From NCBI GenBank assembly GCA_030141605.1, contig JAQGDQ010000056.1:723692-787691 (forward strand): DNA of 64,000 bases, written 5' to 3'. Position numbers and translations under genes: made by a program. The notes beneath the pieces are model-generated. The model had not been told where the DNA came from and searched no databases. It saw only the letters and a list, made by a program, of their open reading frames with translations. This document shows, piece by piece, positions 23,375 to 35,841 of this stretch; position 1 is the stretch's first letter, and each line of letters begins with the position of its first letter. The stretch comes from Tubiluchus corallicola (Eukaryota; Animalia; Priapulida).

Positions 23375-26300
23375 CTAATGACTACGAGGACGGCGATAAT
23401 GTCAATAGCTGACATAAGCAAAAATGTGCAAAAATTTTTGGTTTCCAATGGCACTTGATACTGTTGTGTCTGCTGATATATAAATATGCACCGTTGTAAA
23501 ATATTCGCATTTTTCTTCAGTTACACTTCTTACTCAGGCTCAACAAGAAGAAGAATCATTGATCAGATTGCGAGAGGTTTGTAAGAAAATTTTCTTTTAA
23601 GTAAAGCGGAATAAATCCAGAGATTATGTCGTTGTAAAAATTTGATTTTCGCATCAGAATTGAATCAGCGGATGTTTGCAGTTGATCGAAATCAGAAGAC
23701 GCTGTTTGGAGATTTGGATGTTTTTATCATTTATTCATTTTACTGTTAACACAAATACAGTTAGACATTTTCGTGTATGTATGAACATAGCGAGATTTCA
23801 TATAATGATAGCGAGATTCACGTGTTTCATATAATAGCAATTAACATCAGGATAATGAGGATCGTGAAGACGACGAAAGATTTTAATAAAATAGAATTTT
23901 ATTTGTTTTGCCAAGTTTTTTGGTTGAAATATCATAAAAGCAGAAGAAATGGAAAACATAAAAAATAAAAATGAATGGCAAAACCAATGGAAGTAGCATA
24001 AAATGTAGAAAGGTTAAAAGATTTTAAATATTAAATAGAATTCGAAATTTTCAGTCTCGAGATTTCAATGTAAATTTACACTTCGCATTACTTGTATATT
24101 TTCAGTTAAGTGGTGCATTAATGGCTGCCTCAGCCGTGCAAATGTTGATAGGATGTTTTGGGTTCATTGGCTTCACAATGCGTTTTATTGGTCCTCTTAC
24201 TATAGCGCCCTCAGTGGCTTTGATAGGAATTAATTTATATCCAGTTATTAACCGGATGTGTGAAAAACAATGGGGTATTGCCATGTTGTAAGTGGATTAT
24301 TATTTTTTATTTTCTTCGGCTTGTATTATCAATTTTTAAACCGTTATTACTATTCGGCTGGAATTGTCAAGGAAATAGTGATGGTGGTAATGATGATTAT
24401 GGTGTTCATACTCATGCTGCTAACGATACGTTATCGCGATATGAATATGATAATGATGATTATGATAATCTGCTTCAGCTGCTGTTGATGATGATGATAC
24501 ATTGTTTTATTTTTGAGGATACAGATGGTAATGATAGTGATGACTAGTTTGGAAGTGACTACAACATAGCCAGATGCAATATAACCTAGTTGTTTTAGCA
24601 AAGCGGTAGTCTAGTGGAGTCACATGATATCATGTGCTTGCACTAATTTTGCAACGTGCCATTTCTAAACATTCTAGTCTCTGAGTGCAGAAAAAACATT
24701 GCCAGAATAAATTTGAAGTGAAAGTATGCAATATTTTGCACATAGCATCGAACACATAGTTAATGGTGTGATGAGTATGTTGTTATTTTGTCTGAATTTA
24801 ATCTGTTTGTTGTTGGCTGTAACATAGTTTTAAATATTGTTAGAGCGATAAAAACTATCTTTTGTACATTAATTAAGGGAACTCCTGACAACGATTTTTT
24901 TAAATTGAATTGCAAAGTTTTTAAACGAATAGTTACTTTAAACTATATTAATATTTCATGAGTCTTCTAATGTCTTCTTGCTTTGGTTGTAGTACGATTG
25001 CTGTTGCACTAATATCAACTTTATACATTGGTAAAAGAATTCAATTGCCATTCCCCGACTGGTCAAGGGCTGCAAAATGGAGAACTTTTCGAATTCCTAT
25101 ATTCACTGTCTTTCCGGTAAGAACAGCATGACATCAAATAATACGCATTTTGAAAAGTTGCGGCGTGTAATAAATGTCATGCCATCTCAAACTTCTCAGC
25201 TCTTAGTTTATCATGCTTGATCCCTAGGCTCAGGTGACTTAGTGTGTGTTAGATTTGCAGGATTCCATTAGGACTCATGACTCATGTGTTTATTATGCTG
25301 CTGTAGATTATGTTTGGCATGGCGGCAGGATGGATTTTATGCGGAATTCTAACAGCAGTTAATGTCTTTCCTGAGGATGCCAGCAAAAATGCTTACTGGG
25401 CAAGAACTGATTCTAAATTAGAGTTTGTTTCCAGTTCACCATGGTTTGCTATCCCATATCCAGGTAAGGTAATGTATAAAATTACGTAAAAACGTTTTTG
25501 TTCAGATAAAGTGAAAGATCTTTTATTCCTTTTATTGCTGTGGAGCCTTAAAATATCTGTGTCAAGAATTAGAGGTGATCTTTTTGGTGACTCTCCAAAG
25601 ATTTTCTTTAAGACTATTTCCTTTTCCCTTAAACATTCTTAAGTGTTTTTTTTTTAGAAAAATAATCAAATCCTTTTATGTTTATGTTGAATTATGATTA
25701 AAAAATTATATGCCCGGAAATTATTTCACTACATGTAAGCAACTTCTTGAAACAATTCTCTCTGACATTTTCAAATATCAGGTTTTGTTTGTAGGACAAA
25801 TGGGAAGACCTACTACATCAATTGCATCATTTGTGGGTATGCTTGTAGCAATTTTTGCTGGCATCATAGAATCCGTCGGTGATTACTATGCTTGCGCAAA
25901 GATATGTGAACTGCCACAGCCACCAGCCCACGCGGTGAATAGAGCAGTTCTAATAGAAGGCATAGGATGCTTTATGTCTGGAACTATGGGCGGTGGAGTT
26001 GGTGTTACTTCATATAGTAATGAAATAGGTGCTCTTGGGCTAACCAAGGTAATGTGGCTACCATCTCTCTTTTCACCCTTTCTGCTTCTTTTGTTTTCTT
26101 TTTGCTTTGCTCCTTTCTTCTTTATTTTATCTGTCTTTCTCTCTCTCTTCTCGGTACTCGGCTCTCGTAGCCACATGGCTTTATATCTAGTTACATTTGA
26201 CAACGGTTGGAAAAATTTTGCTAACCAATGTGAAAATATTTATTCCATCGTGTTTTCTACATTGCGCATTGCAAAGTGAGCTTTTTCATATGAACAATAT

Positions 26301-29300
26301 TACCGATTCCCTTCTGTCAACGCATACTCTGTAAGTAATTAGTTTTTTACAAACTGTATTGTTACTTCATTGATCATGGTTACAAGAACTATGTCAGCCA
26401 GGTTTAGTCATTTTACCATCTGTCAAACTTGCTGTTAGTCGCATTAGCTGTAATAATTTGTAATACATTTTATTTTTTATACAAATTTATTTTTTAGGTA
26501 GCATGTAGGAAACTCATTTACACGGCGTCTGCTGTCATGATCATTTGTGGTTTCCTGCCCAAATTTGGTGCATCTATCAATACAATGCCTGTGCCTGTTA
26601 CTGGTGGAATATTTTGCTTGGGTATGGGTCTAGTGACAGCTGTAGGTATCAGTAACTTGCAGTACATTGAGATGAGCTCGTCAAGAAATCTCACTATTCT
26701 GGGATTGAGCATGTTATTGGGCGTCATGTTGCCTGAATACATGCGATCACATCCAGATGCAATTAATACAGGTATTATTGAAATAGAGGTGATTGAAATA
26801 GATTTGCAAATTCACGTAATGGTCTTTATTTTGTAGATTAAATCTTTCTTTTGCATTTTTACCCAGTTTTTATTGTTTTTACTGTTTTTTTATTAAGCGT
26901 ATTTTAGCTTATTTATCTTTTTCATTACAATTTAATTTCGCTTATTGCTAAAATGTAATGTTATTGGTAATGCGAAAGTTTAATGCATAACATTATATTT
27001 GACATTTTTTGCAAGGCCTTTTTGTTACCGATCTTTAATTATTTGAGTAAGAGCAAATGAGAAAGAGCAAAAGGGAAGAGAGGGAGAGAGAAAGGGATTT
27101 CGCAGTGTTGGTCTTATCCGGATCAGATTTGTGTGTCTCGTCCACACACATGGGATGCTTGCACTTTCGTTCGTTCGTTAAAAGAGTCCAGCAAAAGAGC
27201 CCGCCAACAGTTTGAAGAGTATAGATTTTCAGAGACTGTTTCTATTACATTCGGTACACTTTATTATTAAATTCTTCTAACAGCATTCACGTTGCATTTG
27301 CTTTGAAGAACATGCGAAGGACACAGTTTTGTCGACACTTAAAATTATTGTCTAGACAAGTGATTGGGGGATAATATGAAAATAATTCATCAATGGCCCA
27401 TAGTTCTAAAAACAAAAAATATGAATGATACCATTTTACATAATTTTTTATCAATTTTTTAAGACAGTTTCACAATTCCCAAACAACTGTATGAGTGTAA
27501 CAATTGACTTCAAATTAGGTCATCTTAAGCAAATGAACACTGAGAGTTTTTTGTGTTTGTGCATGCTACAAAGAAATCAAATAATTTCCCTTAGGAAACA
27601 CAATCCACAGGAGTCTACGATCACTGGTTTGTTATATTAGACACCCGTATTAAATAATTTGAAGTTGGTAGAAAAGTAACTGGGTTTCCCCAGGAAAATG
27701 CTTTTTGAGAAATATTTTGTCTGGAAAACTGATATTGTGGAGAAATAATTTTTCTGTGAAAAATCCTTTTAAAAATAGCTTTTCTGAGAAACGCATGTAA
27801 ACTATAATCATTAGATTTCATTGGCTAAATCGAGTATACATATTCAGTGTTGATTACTTTTGTATTATGCGTTTTTGCTTCTACGTTCTGCTAATTTATC
27901 TTTCATAGGTATACGAGAGTTTGATCAAGTTTGTAAAATGCTTCTGTCTATGGGTTTTTTCGTTGGAGGAATGGTTGGATTTTTTTTAGATAACACCGTC
28001 CCAGGTACATACATTACTTGTATTTACTATATTGAGCTGCGTCACCAACAATATCTCATAAGTTATGCACAAGCCAGGTTATTTTGTTTAATTATTAATT
28101 GCGTAGGCTGACTAGAACTAGGGTAGAAAGCATAAAAAAGATTTATACGTCCATGGGTTTCCCCGTTTAAGGAGTGGTTGGATTTTTTTAGATAAAATTG
28201 TCTCAAGCAGAGGGGTTATTTACTATCTTGAGCTGTTTCACCAACCACAACTCATAACTTATGTACAAATTCATGTCACTTTGTATTTACTTAATTATTG
28301 TTAAATTACTTCTTACTAATTAAAATGTTTCTACGTCAAGTTCGCCTGTAAGAAAATGTCTTTTTATTTCGAGTTTAAATATAGTGAGTTTTTTGTATAA
28401 GCATTTAGCCAGTTTGCCAAACTTACAACTTTTTATGCCCCTTGGCATAAAACGATAACTTATGTTGTCTCACTTGCCTGTTTCGAGATAAAAGGTAGGA
28501 GTTCACCACAAAGGTTTCAAATAAGTACAAATAAAACATCTTGAAGCTGAAAGACGATTAAAATGTTTTAAACCATTTAATTTCTTTTAATTTTGGAATG
28601 TCGCTGATTTTGAGCACAACATCAATACAGTGTGATAATGAAATCTAGTACTGTTCTAAGGTTCTAGATCCGATACGTAGAAAGAAAATCATCTTTTAAT
28701 ATAGAAATTTGCGAACTAAATATTGTTTATTGTGTACAGAAAAAAGTCGTACCATAAACTAAACTAAACATATCTTTCTCTACAAATTGACCGAGTTAGA
28801 AACCTGAACTGTATTGAAGCCCATATGAATAAAGCGGAATTTAATTTCTCGACAAGTACGTACCAAATAAGAATTGAAGCATACCAGTTAACAGTTACTG
28901 CTGAATGTCATACGGTTTGTGGGCTAATGACGTTCATTGCAAATAGCAGGAGAACGTCTTAATTGTGTCACTACTTAGCTTGCACGTAACTCACAATCCT
29001 TAACCCGGCAATGCAGCCACAATTACCTGTCTCAACCTAGTGAGAATAAACACATTTAAAAGGCAAAAGAAAAGCCGGCCACTAATAAGACTAAATTACT
29101 TCAGGATACATCTTTCAACAAGCCAAATTGAGCAAGTAATAACAGTAATCACAACAGTAATGTAATGTCATTATGACACTGCAACACCGAATCCAATTAT
29201 TTCTTCGTATACAGCCCTTTAAGAGTATTATTTCAATGTCCCATGGGGCGAAACGGGTCAGAGAGTGCCTTATTTGTAGGAAACCTAAGAAGATTTTTCC

Positions 29301-29570
29301 ATTTCAGGAAACGCAAAAGAAAGAGGAATAATTTTCTTCTCGAGCAATGTCAAGTCTTATGATCCTCGTGAACTGAAGACGTACGACTTGCCATACATCA
29401 CTGATGCACTTGGCAGGGTGTCTTTTACTAAACACATTCCGATTCTTCCCCAATTCAGGAGGAAGCAGCTTCCAGAACAGCACAGCTTTCAGAACAACCC
29501 TGTTACAGATGTTGAAATGCAGGAGCAGCTAGATGGGGTGGGGAATTCACAGTCATCGTCAAATTTATGA
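10264..29570 (+). CDS. SLC23A-like: SLC23/NAT (nucleobase-ascorbate transporter, SVCT-like) gene 1, spliced, ~648 aa
   Basis: Coding exons, all GT-AG and phase-consistent: 10264-10360, 20653-20733, 21699-21814, 22106-22263, 23154-23242, 23521-23576, 24106-24287, 24993-25116, 25307-25463, 25795-26048, 26498-26771, 27909-28004, 29308-29570 (sum 1947 nt). Family motifs: LIYGVDDSPP, RLPIIQG, FIGPLTIAP, ARTD, PWFAIPYPGQMG, IESVGDY, PPPAHAVNR, SSRNLTILG, LDNTVPG, ERG. The first two exons are less certain (phase fit and good splice sites only). Confidence 0.93.
10677..11050. mobile_element. Second copy of the hAT-like MITE family, opposite orientation
   Basis: Starts cagggccgg; contains the reverse complement of the 2216-2536 body (tctcaaacaaaggacc..., aaaattggggttccagact..., ccactaagcttga). 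Confidence 0.7.
11410..12320 (+). mobile_element. Possible highly decayed pogo/Tigger-like transposase relic
   Basis: Fragmentary motifs in different frames (RTVTPHNIAQLV-like, ASGVHP, WLVQC); no intact frame. Tentative. Confidence 0.3.
11543..11655. mobile_element. Short hairpin MITE
   Basis: ~45-bp inverted arms gtttcgtaaagccgtcactaacttaacgacgtcgtta / taacgacgtcgttaacttagtgacaactttatgaaac; each arm contains the palindrome aacgacgtcgtt. Confidence 0.75.
14823..14951. repeat. (AG)n microsatellite
   Basis: Seen directly. Confidence 0.97.
15657..15773. repeat. (AG)n microsatellite
   Basis: Seen directly. Confidence 0.97.
19897..19990. repeat. (AGTC)n microsatellite
   Basis: Seen directly. 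Confidence 0.97.
22290..22776 (+). mobile_element. RTE-like LINE 3' remnant in SLC23 gene 1 intron 4
   Basis: LFNAYVTSIFMYNSEMWVLT...IDVFQR...KWPYIISN...LGHLM.LPE..P...AL, with frameshifts, ending in a (GAA)n tail at ~22765-22776. Confidence 0.75.
23294..23373. repeat. (GAT)n microsatellite, intronic
   Basis: Seen directly; it produces the poly-D/M/H/I pseudo-ORFs. Confidence 0.97.
28150..28300 (+). repeat. Degenerate tandem copy of gene 1 exon 12 3' half plus the start of its intron
   Basis: tccatgggtttccccgtttaaggagtggttggattttttttagataaaattgtctcaag...tatttactatcttgagctgtttcaccaac mirrors ~27946-28105; the splice donor is destroyed. Confidence 0.8.
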
Positions 29571-31364
29571 GTTTTGTGATACACAGATATGTTAGTTAAC
29601 ATGAAAAGCCAAATTTGCCAACTTGTTGAAAGTGAAGCACTGAAAATGGAATTAATCGAAATCTATAGCCGCGTATAGTTTGCCTGCTAACAAAGTACGT
29701 TGCATGTGCTGTCGTATGATGTGACTATAGAAGTTTGTTTATCAGAGTTAACTTGATATTTTTTAAGTACGAGTCGATGAAGCCTCTTTTTTCTTATACA
29801 GTAGCCTATTTCAAAATTGCATAACAGTAGAAAATGAAAATACTGTGTGTTAGTTGGTCAGTTGAGACAGATCCACTCCTGCTATGTGATTCTCATTAAT
29901 AGTTATTATTAGTATTTAAGCGGAAGATTTTTTACTTGAAAAATCTACATTGCATTCGAAGGCATAATAGACTTTGTTCAAGAATTTTATTACGCTGAAA
30001 TTATACTTTTTTCTTTATAGTATTTTAAGATGTGACGTGATATTTTCAACAATGAATTTTGTGAACTGTGCCAAACTGACAGGACTGTACACAGGGAATA
30101 GTTACTATTTTTCTTCAAATTCTATTCCTATAAAAAATATTCAGGGTTGCCTATTACAACAAAAACTACTATGACAGCTTTAAAGGCTTAGAATAAAGAA
30201 GCGGTCAAGCCATCGAGAAATGTTGTTTTGCTTTTCGTCCTAATGGAGTGCCACTCTTAAACAAAAGTAGTTAGATGGAAAGCTGTTAAAATTTTAGTTT
30301 CAGGAAGTTACATCAAAAAAATTTACTGTTAATTGTTTAAGATAAATTGGTGTTTTGTAATGCGCAAATAAAAGTATGTGTTCAGCATGATCTTAATACA
30401 ATTCATTCTTGCGCAAATTGTTTTCCATCCTCATGTACATTCGCGTGATTGTTGCTGTGAACAACCTTGCAGACTAGAGCCTAGTTGTTGTCTTCAATAT
30501 ATTGCCAATTGTACAAAAGTTAATTCGAATTATCTCAATTGTAACACGATATATTTTACGGTGTCATTTTGAAATTGCTTTTGTTTAAGTATTGTGATAC
30601 AGAACTTGAGACTTTATTAGAAATAAATACGGCATATTTTTCTAACCGCTTTTGTATTGTTTATTGGTGTGTTACTTTTTGACTAATGAAAAATCTGTTA
30701 AAATTTTTTATTATGCAAATAATCCTCAACTTTTTATGTGCTTGTCAGAGAGCGTTAAATGATTTTTAACCAAGGACTGCGCCTGGGCCTGCAGTATTAT
30801 TGATCTAATGCAAACTAATATGGGACATTATTCGCACTTTCAGTTTACTTTTTGCAGATAACTCACTCATTCTATCATATTATTCATCCAGTTACTTTTA
30901 TTTATAATTATCAATATAATATAAAGGCCTTATAATATTAATTATTTATAAACTAATTGATTTTTTTCGTGTTCCTATTCCATCTCCTATTCCAAAATTA
31001 AAATTTAATATTGAATTTGCACTTTTAGTTATAATTCTGTTCTTTACTAGACCTATATTGTAGCATTATAGGTCTTGTCTTGTTCTGCTCTTCTTGTTAC
31101 AACTTGTACGTGGTGTCAATATATGACTGACTCGCCTTGCACCGAGAAACTGAAAAGTCGAAACAAAAACCGACAAAATCGTGTGAAATAGCATTTAATT
31201 TTAAATAAAGAATACTTGCTTTGAATACCTGGTATTACTGCCATTTGCTGCCCTACTTTAATTAATAGAGAGATAGGATCGTAGCAACCTCTCAAATTGG
31301 CTTTTAGTTCTTCAAAAATTTCATTTTTTTGTCTTTGAACGCAAAGCGCTGAAAATTAGAAAAA

Positions 31365-31828
31365 NNNNNNNNNNNNNNNNNNNNNNNNNNNNNNNNNNNN
31401 NNNNNNNNNNNNNNNNNNNNNNNNNNNNNNNNNNNNNNNNNNNNNNNNNNNNNNNNNNNNNNNNNNNNNNNNNNNNNNNNNNNNNNNNNNNNNNNNNNNN
31501 NNNNNNNNNNNNNNNNNNNNNNNNNNNNNNNNNNNNNNNNNNNNNNNNNNNNNNNNNNNNNNNNNNNNNNNNNNNNNNNNNNNNNNNNNNNNNNNNNNNN
31601 NNNNNNNNNNNNNNNNNNNNNNNNNNNNNNNNNNNNNNNNNNNNNNNNNNNNNNNNNNNNNNNNNNNNNNNNNNNNNNNNNNNNNNNNNNNNNNNNNNNN
31701 NNNNNNNNNNNNNNNNNNNNNNNNNNNNNNNNNNNNNNNNNNNNNNNNNNNNNNNNNNNNNNNNNNNNNNNNNNNNNNNNNNNNNNNNNNNNNNNNNNNN
31801 NNNNNNNNNNNNNNNNNNNNNNNNNNNN
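31365..31828. other. Assembly gap (464 N)
   Basis: Run of N. Confidence 1.
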
Positions 31829-33349
31829 CATTTTACACTGTCTTTGAGAGAATTACAGATGCCGTAATGCAGAGGATTACGCCCAATTTTTTATTGATAA
31901 CAAATTTGCCAGTGCTATATCATTGATGGTGAAGACCATGATGTAGCCTGTTTGATTTGATTTCTTTATAGCTTGGCTGTTATATATTAAGTGCTTTATA
32001 CTTCAACGTGGCTGTTTTTCAATTGGAGTTTAGCTGACATCTTCCCGCATTTAATTTTTTAACGTGCAAAAGCTTTTCGGTCTTAATCTAAAAACTACCA
32101 AAGCAGTAAAACTGTAAGTTTCACAGTGAAAAGTCAATGTACCGTAATATCGCACTGTGAAATTTCAACTTTGCAAAGTACTTGCTTCTAATATTATTGC
32201 AGTCGAAACTACGGTACAGCTTTTCTTTGCCACCCGATACATATATATATCTGTTACATCTGAACAGAATGTCGTTCTCAATGAGCTATATCTGTTACAT
32301 CTTAAGCATAACGTTACGCATTTAACAATGTTAATCGTCTGTTACGTCCTTTCGGTTGAAATTCAAGTGAAAAAATATAATTCACAATACAATGCAATAA
32401 TGAATTTGCAATGATAGCAGGATAAAATGGCTGGGATTCTTTACATTCCAGAAATATAGGTAAATAAGCTGAGCCAACAAAAATGTTTTTATGGAATGTT
32501 AGACTAGATTAAGTCTAAAAGTGAGGCTTGTTTGTCGAGACGGAACTCTCGATACTTGTAGGTTGCAGGTTGACAAATGGCAGAACGATGCGCCTACCTT
32601 TTTTGAGCTAATGCTTCTCAGACCATAAACCTCAGCGAATCAAAGTGCAACAACAGAGAAAAGAAAATTTATTGATGTACGTTCAAGTTACAGAAACTGT
32701 ACCGGTAAACATATTATGAACATGATATACATAATTTATAAGATTTGTGCGCTACAGGTTTTATAATGTACATAGCGTGATTACACAAACGTGTTCAGTT
32801 CCCGTTGTAAACATCTCGTTATCTTTAATAAATGTTTATTTTGTATGAAATAAGCTTATTTTATCAATAAGGATAATTGCTAATTAATTCTTAATGCCAA
32901 GAACAGCGAATAGTTCCACAACTAAAAAACAAGACAAAAAGATACAAACACACGACATTATGAGCTGCCATTGCAATTTATCTTCATGTGAAGGTTAATT
33001 ACAAGAAATTATATAGAATTAGTATTACTGATTTTTTGGGGAGTTTTATTTTTATTTATATTATTAGTTTTTGCATTAGTTTCTGTTGTGTCCCACTCTG
33101 TTTCTATGACCGTGGCAAACGATTTTATATTTACGTGTTTAAATTTTTCCTTGTCCCTTACGTTTTGCTTATTTGCTTTGTCCATGTTTATTTAGGGTGC
33201 TTCTAGTGTGATTGTATTGTTTTTTAGCGTGGTGCTTCAACAAAATTATCAGTTGGAAGTTGCTAGAGAAATGCTGTGCAAGTTGGTAATTAGATAGATT
33301 TTAGGCCTGAGTTAACTCGCACATGTATTACAATGATAGATGTTCTTAA

Positions 33350-33896
33350 AGGAAGACAGGATGATTTTTCTTATACAACCCCATTTTCTGGGGGTGTACA
33401 TTTTAAGGCAATTAATACTGCAAAAACGTTTCTGATAATTAAATAATAGATTAAGAACTTAATTAACGGCGGGCGAGCCCAACTATTGATGACATCACAA
33501 ACTAACATAATTTTCAACAGCAAAAATATTTCACGAGCGCGTTGCACGTGTTTGTGAAAAGAAAATTGAAGTACAGTGCTACTGTAAGAGATTCAGTGTG
33601 TTGTTATAAAACTCGGCAAGTTTTACGATAAAATTCAAATTTCGAATTTACTGCTGCGCTCACGCATGAGCTGTCGAACGTGTGTAGTTCGTCTGAAACT
33701 AACACATCTGAACTGGGATATACAGCACCTGTTTTTTGTACAATGCGTTTCCGAAATGCAGGCGCTAGTGCCTGTCTAACTAGCGAATGGCGAAATGCAT
33801 GTAATGGCGAAGAACTAGTAGCGCGAATGCGAAATTGTGTTTGTGTGGTAATAATTCTTTCATGTAAGGCATTCTTGAAAAAATATTATGTTTCCT
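33350..33896. mobile_element. Possible Kolobok/piggyBac-type MITE
   Basis: ttaa|aggaagaca ... tgtttcct|ttca; imperfect TIR and TSD. Confidence 0.35.
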
Positions 33897-33977
33897 TTCA
33901 ATGTTTTAAAGAGTAGATTTGACCTACAGTTTAAGATTGCGATGGTTTTGCTTTAAAATTCTTGTACTTTTCGATAG

Positions 33978-34480
33978 GTCGCCTGCAGAAAACTAAGTTA
34001 CACAGCCTCAGCAGTTTTGATAGTAGTTTCTGGTTGTCTACCTAAACGTGGTGCATCTGTCAACACAATACCTGTGTTTGTCTTAGGAGGAATAACTAGT
34101 CTGAGAAAAAAACTAGTGCACTAGAGTACATACAAGTGAAAGTGCATATTAATTCTAATTAGCATGAATTAATAATTTCAGATAACCATGCAATCACAGT
34201 GATGTTAGTTACTATTATTTGTTCTATGTAGGTGTTGTTGTAATAGTGAGATTTTTGAGATGCTTCTATTTATGTTTTTTAGATGCCGACGTTGTTGGTT
34301 TCTTTTTCGGTAACACTGTCCCAGGTAAGGTTAACTTTTTGTCTTACTAATGCGATATATCATTCTTTGACGTTTGTCTTCTTTACGTCACACACTAAAT
34401 TATTATAATTAATGTGTTGCATTACAGGTACTGCCAAGGAAAGAGGGGTGCGTCGTTTTTCAAGTAATACAGTGCTATGA
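33978..34480 (+). pseudogene. Decayed third SLC23 copy (last three exons only)
   Basis: From 33978: VACRKLSYTASAVLIVVSGCLPKRGASVNTIPVFVLGGI, then a deletion/frameshift and stop (cf. gene 1 VACRKLIYTASAVMIICGFLPKFGASINTMPVPVTGGI). 34232-34324 ends VVGFFFGNTVPG|gtaagg. From 34428: GTAKERGVRRFSSNTVL* (cf. GNAKERGIIFFSSN). Splice sites sit at homologous positions. Confidence 0.88.
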
Positions 34481-35470
34481 TACATACACTGTTACAGAAG
34501 AAAGCAAAAGCAGCATGCCATTTCCAAATGTTGACATTTTAAAGCACTTAGATAATAACACACTGCCTACCAGGTTATACGCAACTATACTGTATCAAAC
34601 AACTCGTTTTTTAAATTGGAGTTGATTTGAGCATGTAGCCTTATTTTTTTTTATATAAAATATTTCAATAAAAAATCATTTCCACATGCGGTCCGTATGA
34701 GGCTTGACTAACATTGACAGGCAAAATGTTATAAGGTTTTTATTACACCACATTGGTGGATTTTGAAGACCTGGTAGGAGATTTTCGGTTATTCACTTGC
34801 AGAGTAACGTATAAACAGGTTTGTTTCGCCGTGATATTGTTGTCATTGATCTTTATGCAATATGGTAACGCACGGGTTTTAGTATGAGACTTAATTTTTT
34901 TCGTCGACTACCTAACCATTTGCGACAAATAACGGATCAAAAAGTCTACAGGTCCACACGGTTTTAACTTCTAAGTTACGAATACTACGAATGTACTTTA
35001 TACACATTTAATTTTCTAAACTCCTGGTAACAAAACGATACTAGACTATATGAAATATTTAATTGCGATTGTCTATTAAGCGCCTATTCTACTGAAATCT
35101 ACTGAAGGTCAAGTCTTTTAACGGGGTCTTTGAAAGGCAAGTATTGTTAACTGTTCAGCATTGTTTTAAAAATTAGCAGAATACGTTAATTAGCAAAAAT
35201 TAACATGGCAATATTAATTTGTTAGATCGTTTCAAATAGCAAGAAATTTTGAAGGCGCTGATGTTATACAGTAAACAATTTGTTCTGCACGTGTGGATTT
35301 GTTTAATGATGATCGATTTCGTATCATAAATCACCATGTTTGCTAGGTCTTTGGCCGTGCACGTTTGCCCAATACAATCCGAATAGAGTATATAATCGTA
35401 AATATGCCTGTATCATGTAACATAGTAAGCCTGGGCCTTCGCTGTAAGAAAACTGAATCGAAAAATATAG

Positions 35471-35561
35471 TATAAACTGCTACCAAGAGAACTAAGCAAC
35501 CAAGTAAGCAGTAATGAATGTCTGCGTATTATAGTACAGTTCGGACGTCTGACTAATAGGT
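35471..35561 (+). promoter_or_regulatory. Candidate promoter and non-coding first exon of SLC23 gene 2
   Basis: TATAAA at 35471; donor ag|gtacgt at 35560; acceptor ttttatatag ends at 35830, 11 nt before the ATG. Confidence 0.4.
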
Positions 35562-35841
35562 ACGTGGTTTTTTTATGAGTAAACGCAATAATTCTTTGAA
35601 GAACGAATTTTCGCTAATTTGTATTCAGACCTCTAACATTTTTAATATGAAAGTCTGCTACAGCGAATAGGCCTAACTGTTTTTGTTGCAGTTTCGCAAA
35701 CCTAACAATTATTATAAAACATACAAAAAGCGTATCGTTAAAACTCTATAGAGACATTCGCTAGATACGCAAGGGCAAAGAATGTTTGGTTTCGTGAGCT
35801 ATTATTTTCGTACACGAAGTTTTTATATAGGGTATGACGTC

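Noticed and set aside
30745-30830. Possible decayed copy of the SLC23 RLPIIQG exon
   Set aside because: Only a few matching codons; not distinguishable from chance by eye.
31304-31831. 175-aa poly-X ORF
   Set aside because: Artefact of the N gap.
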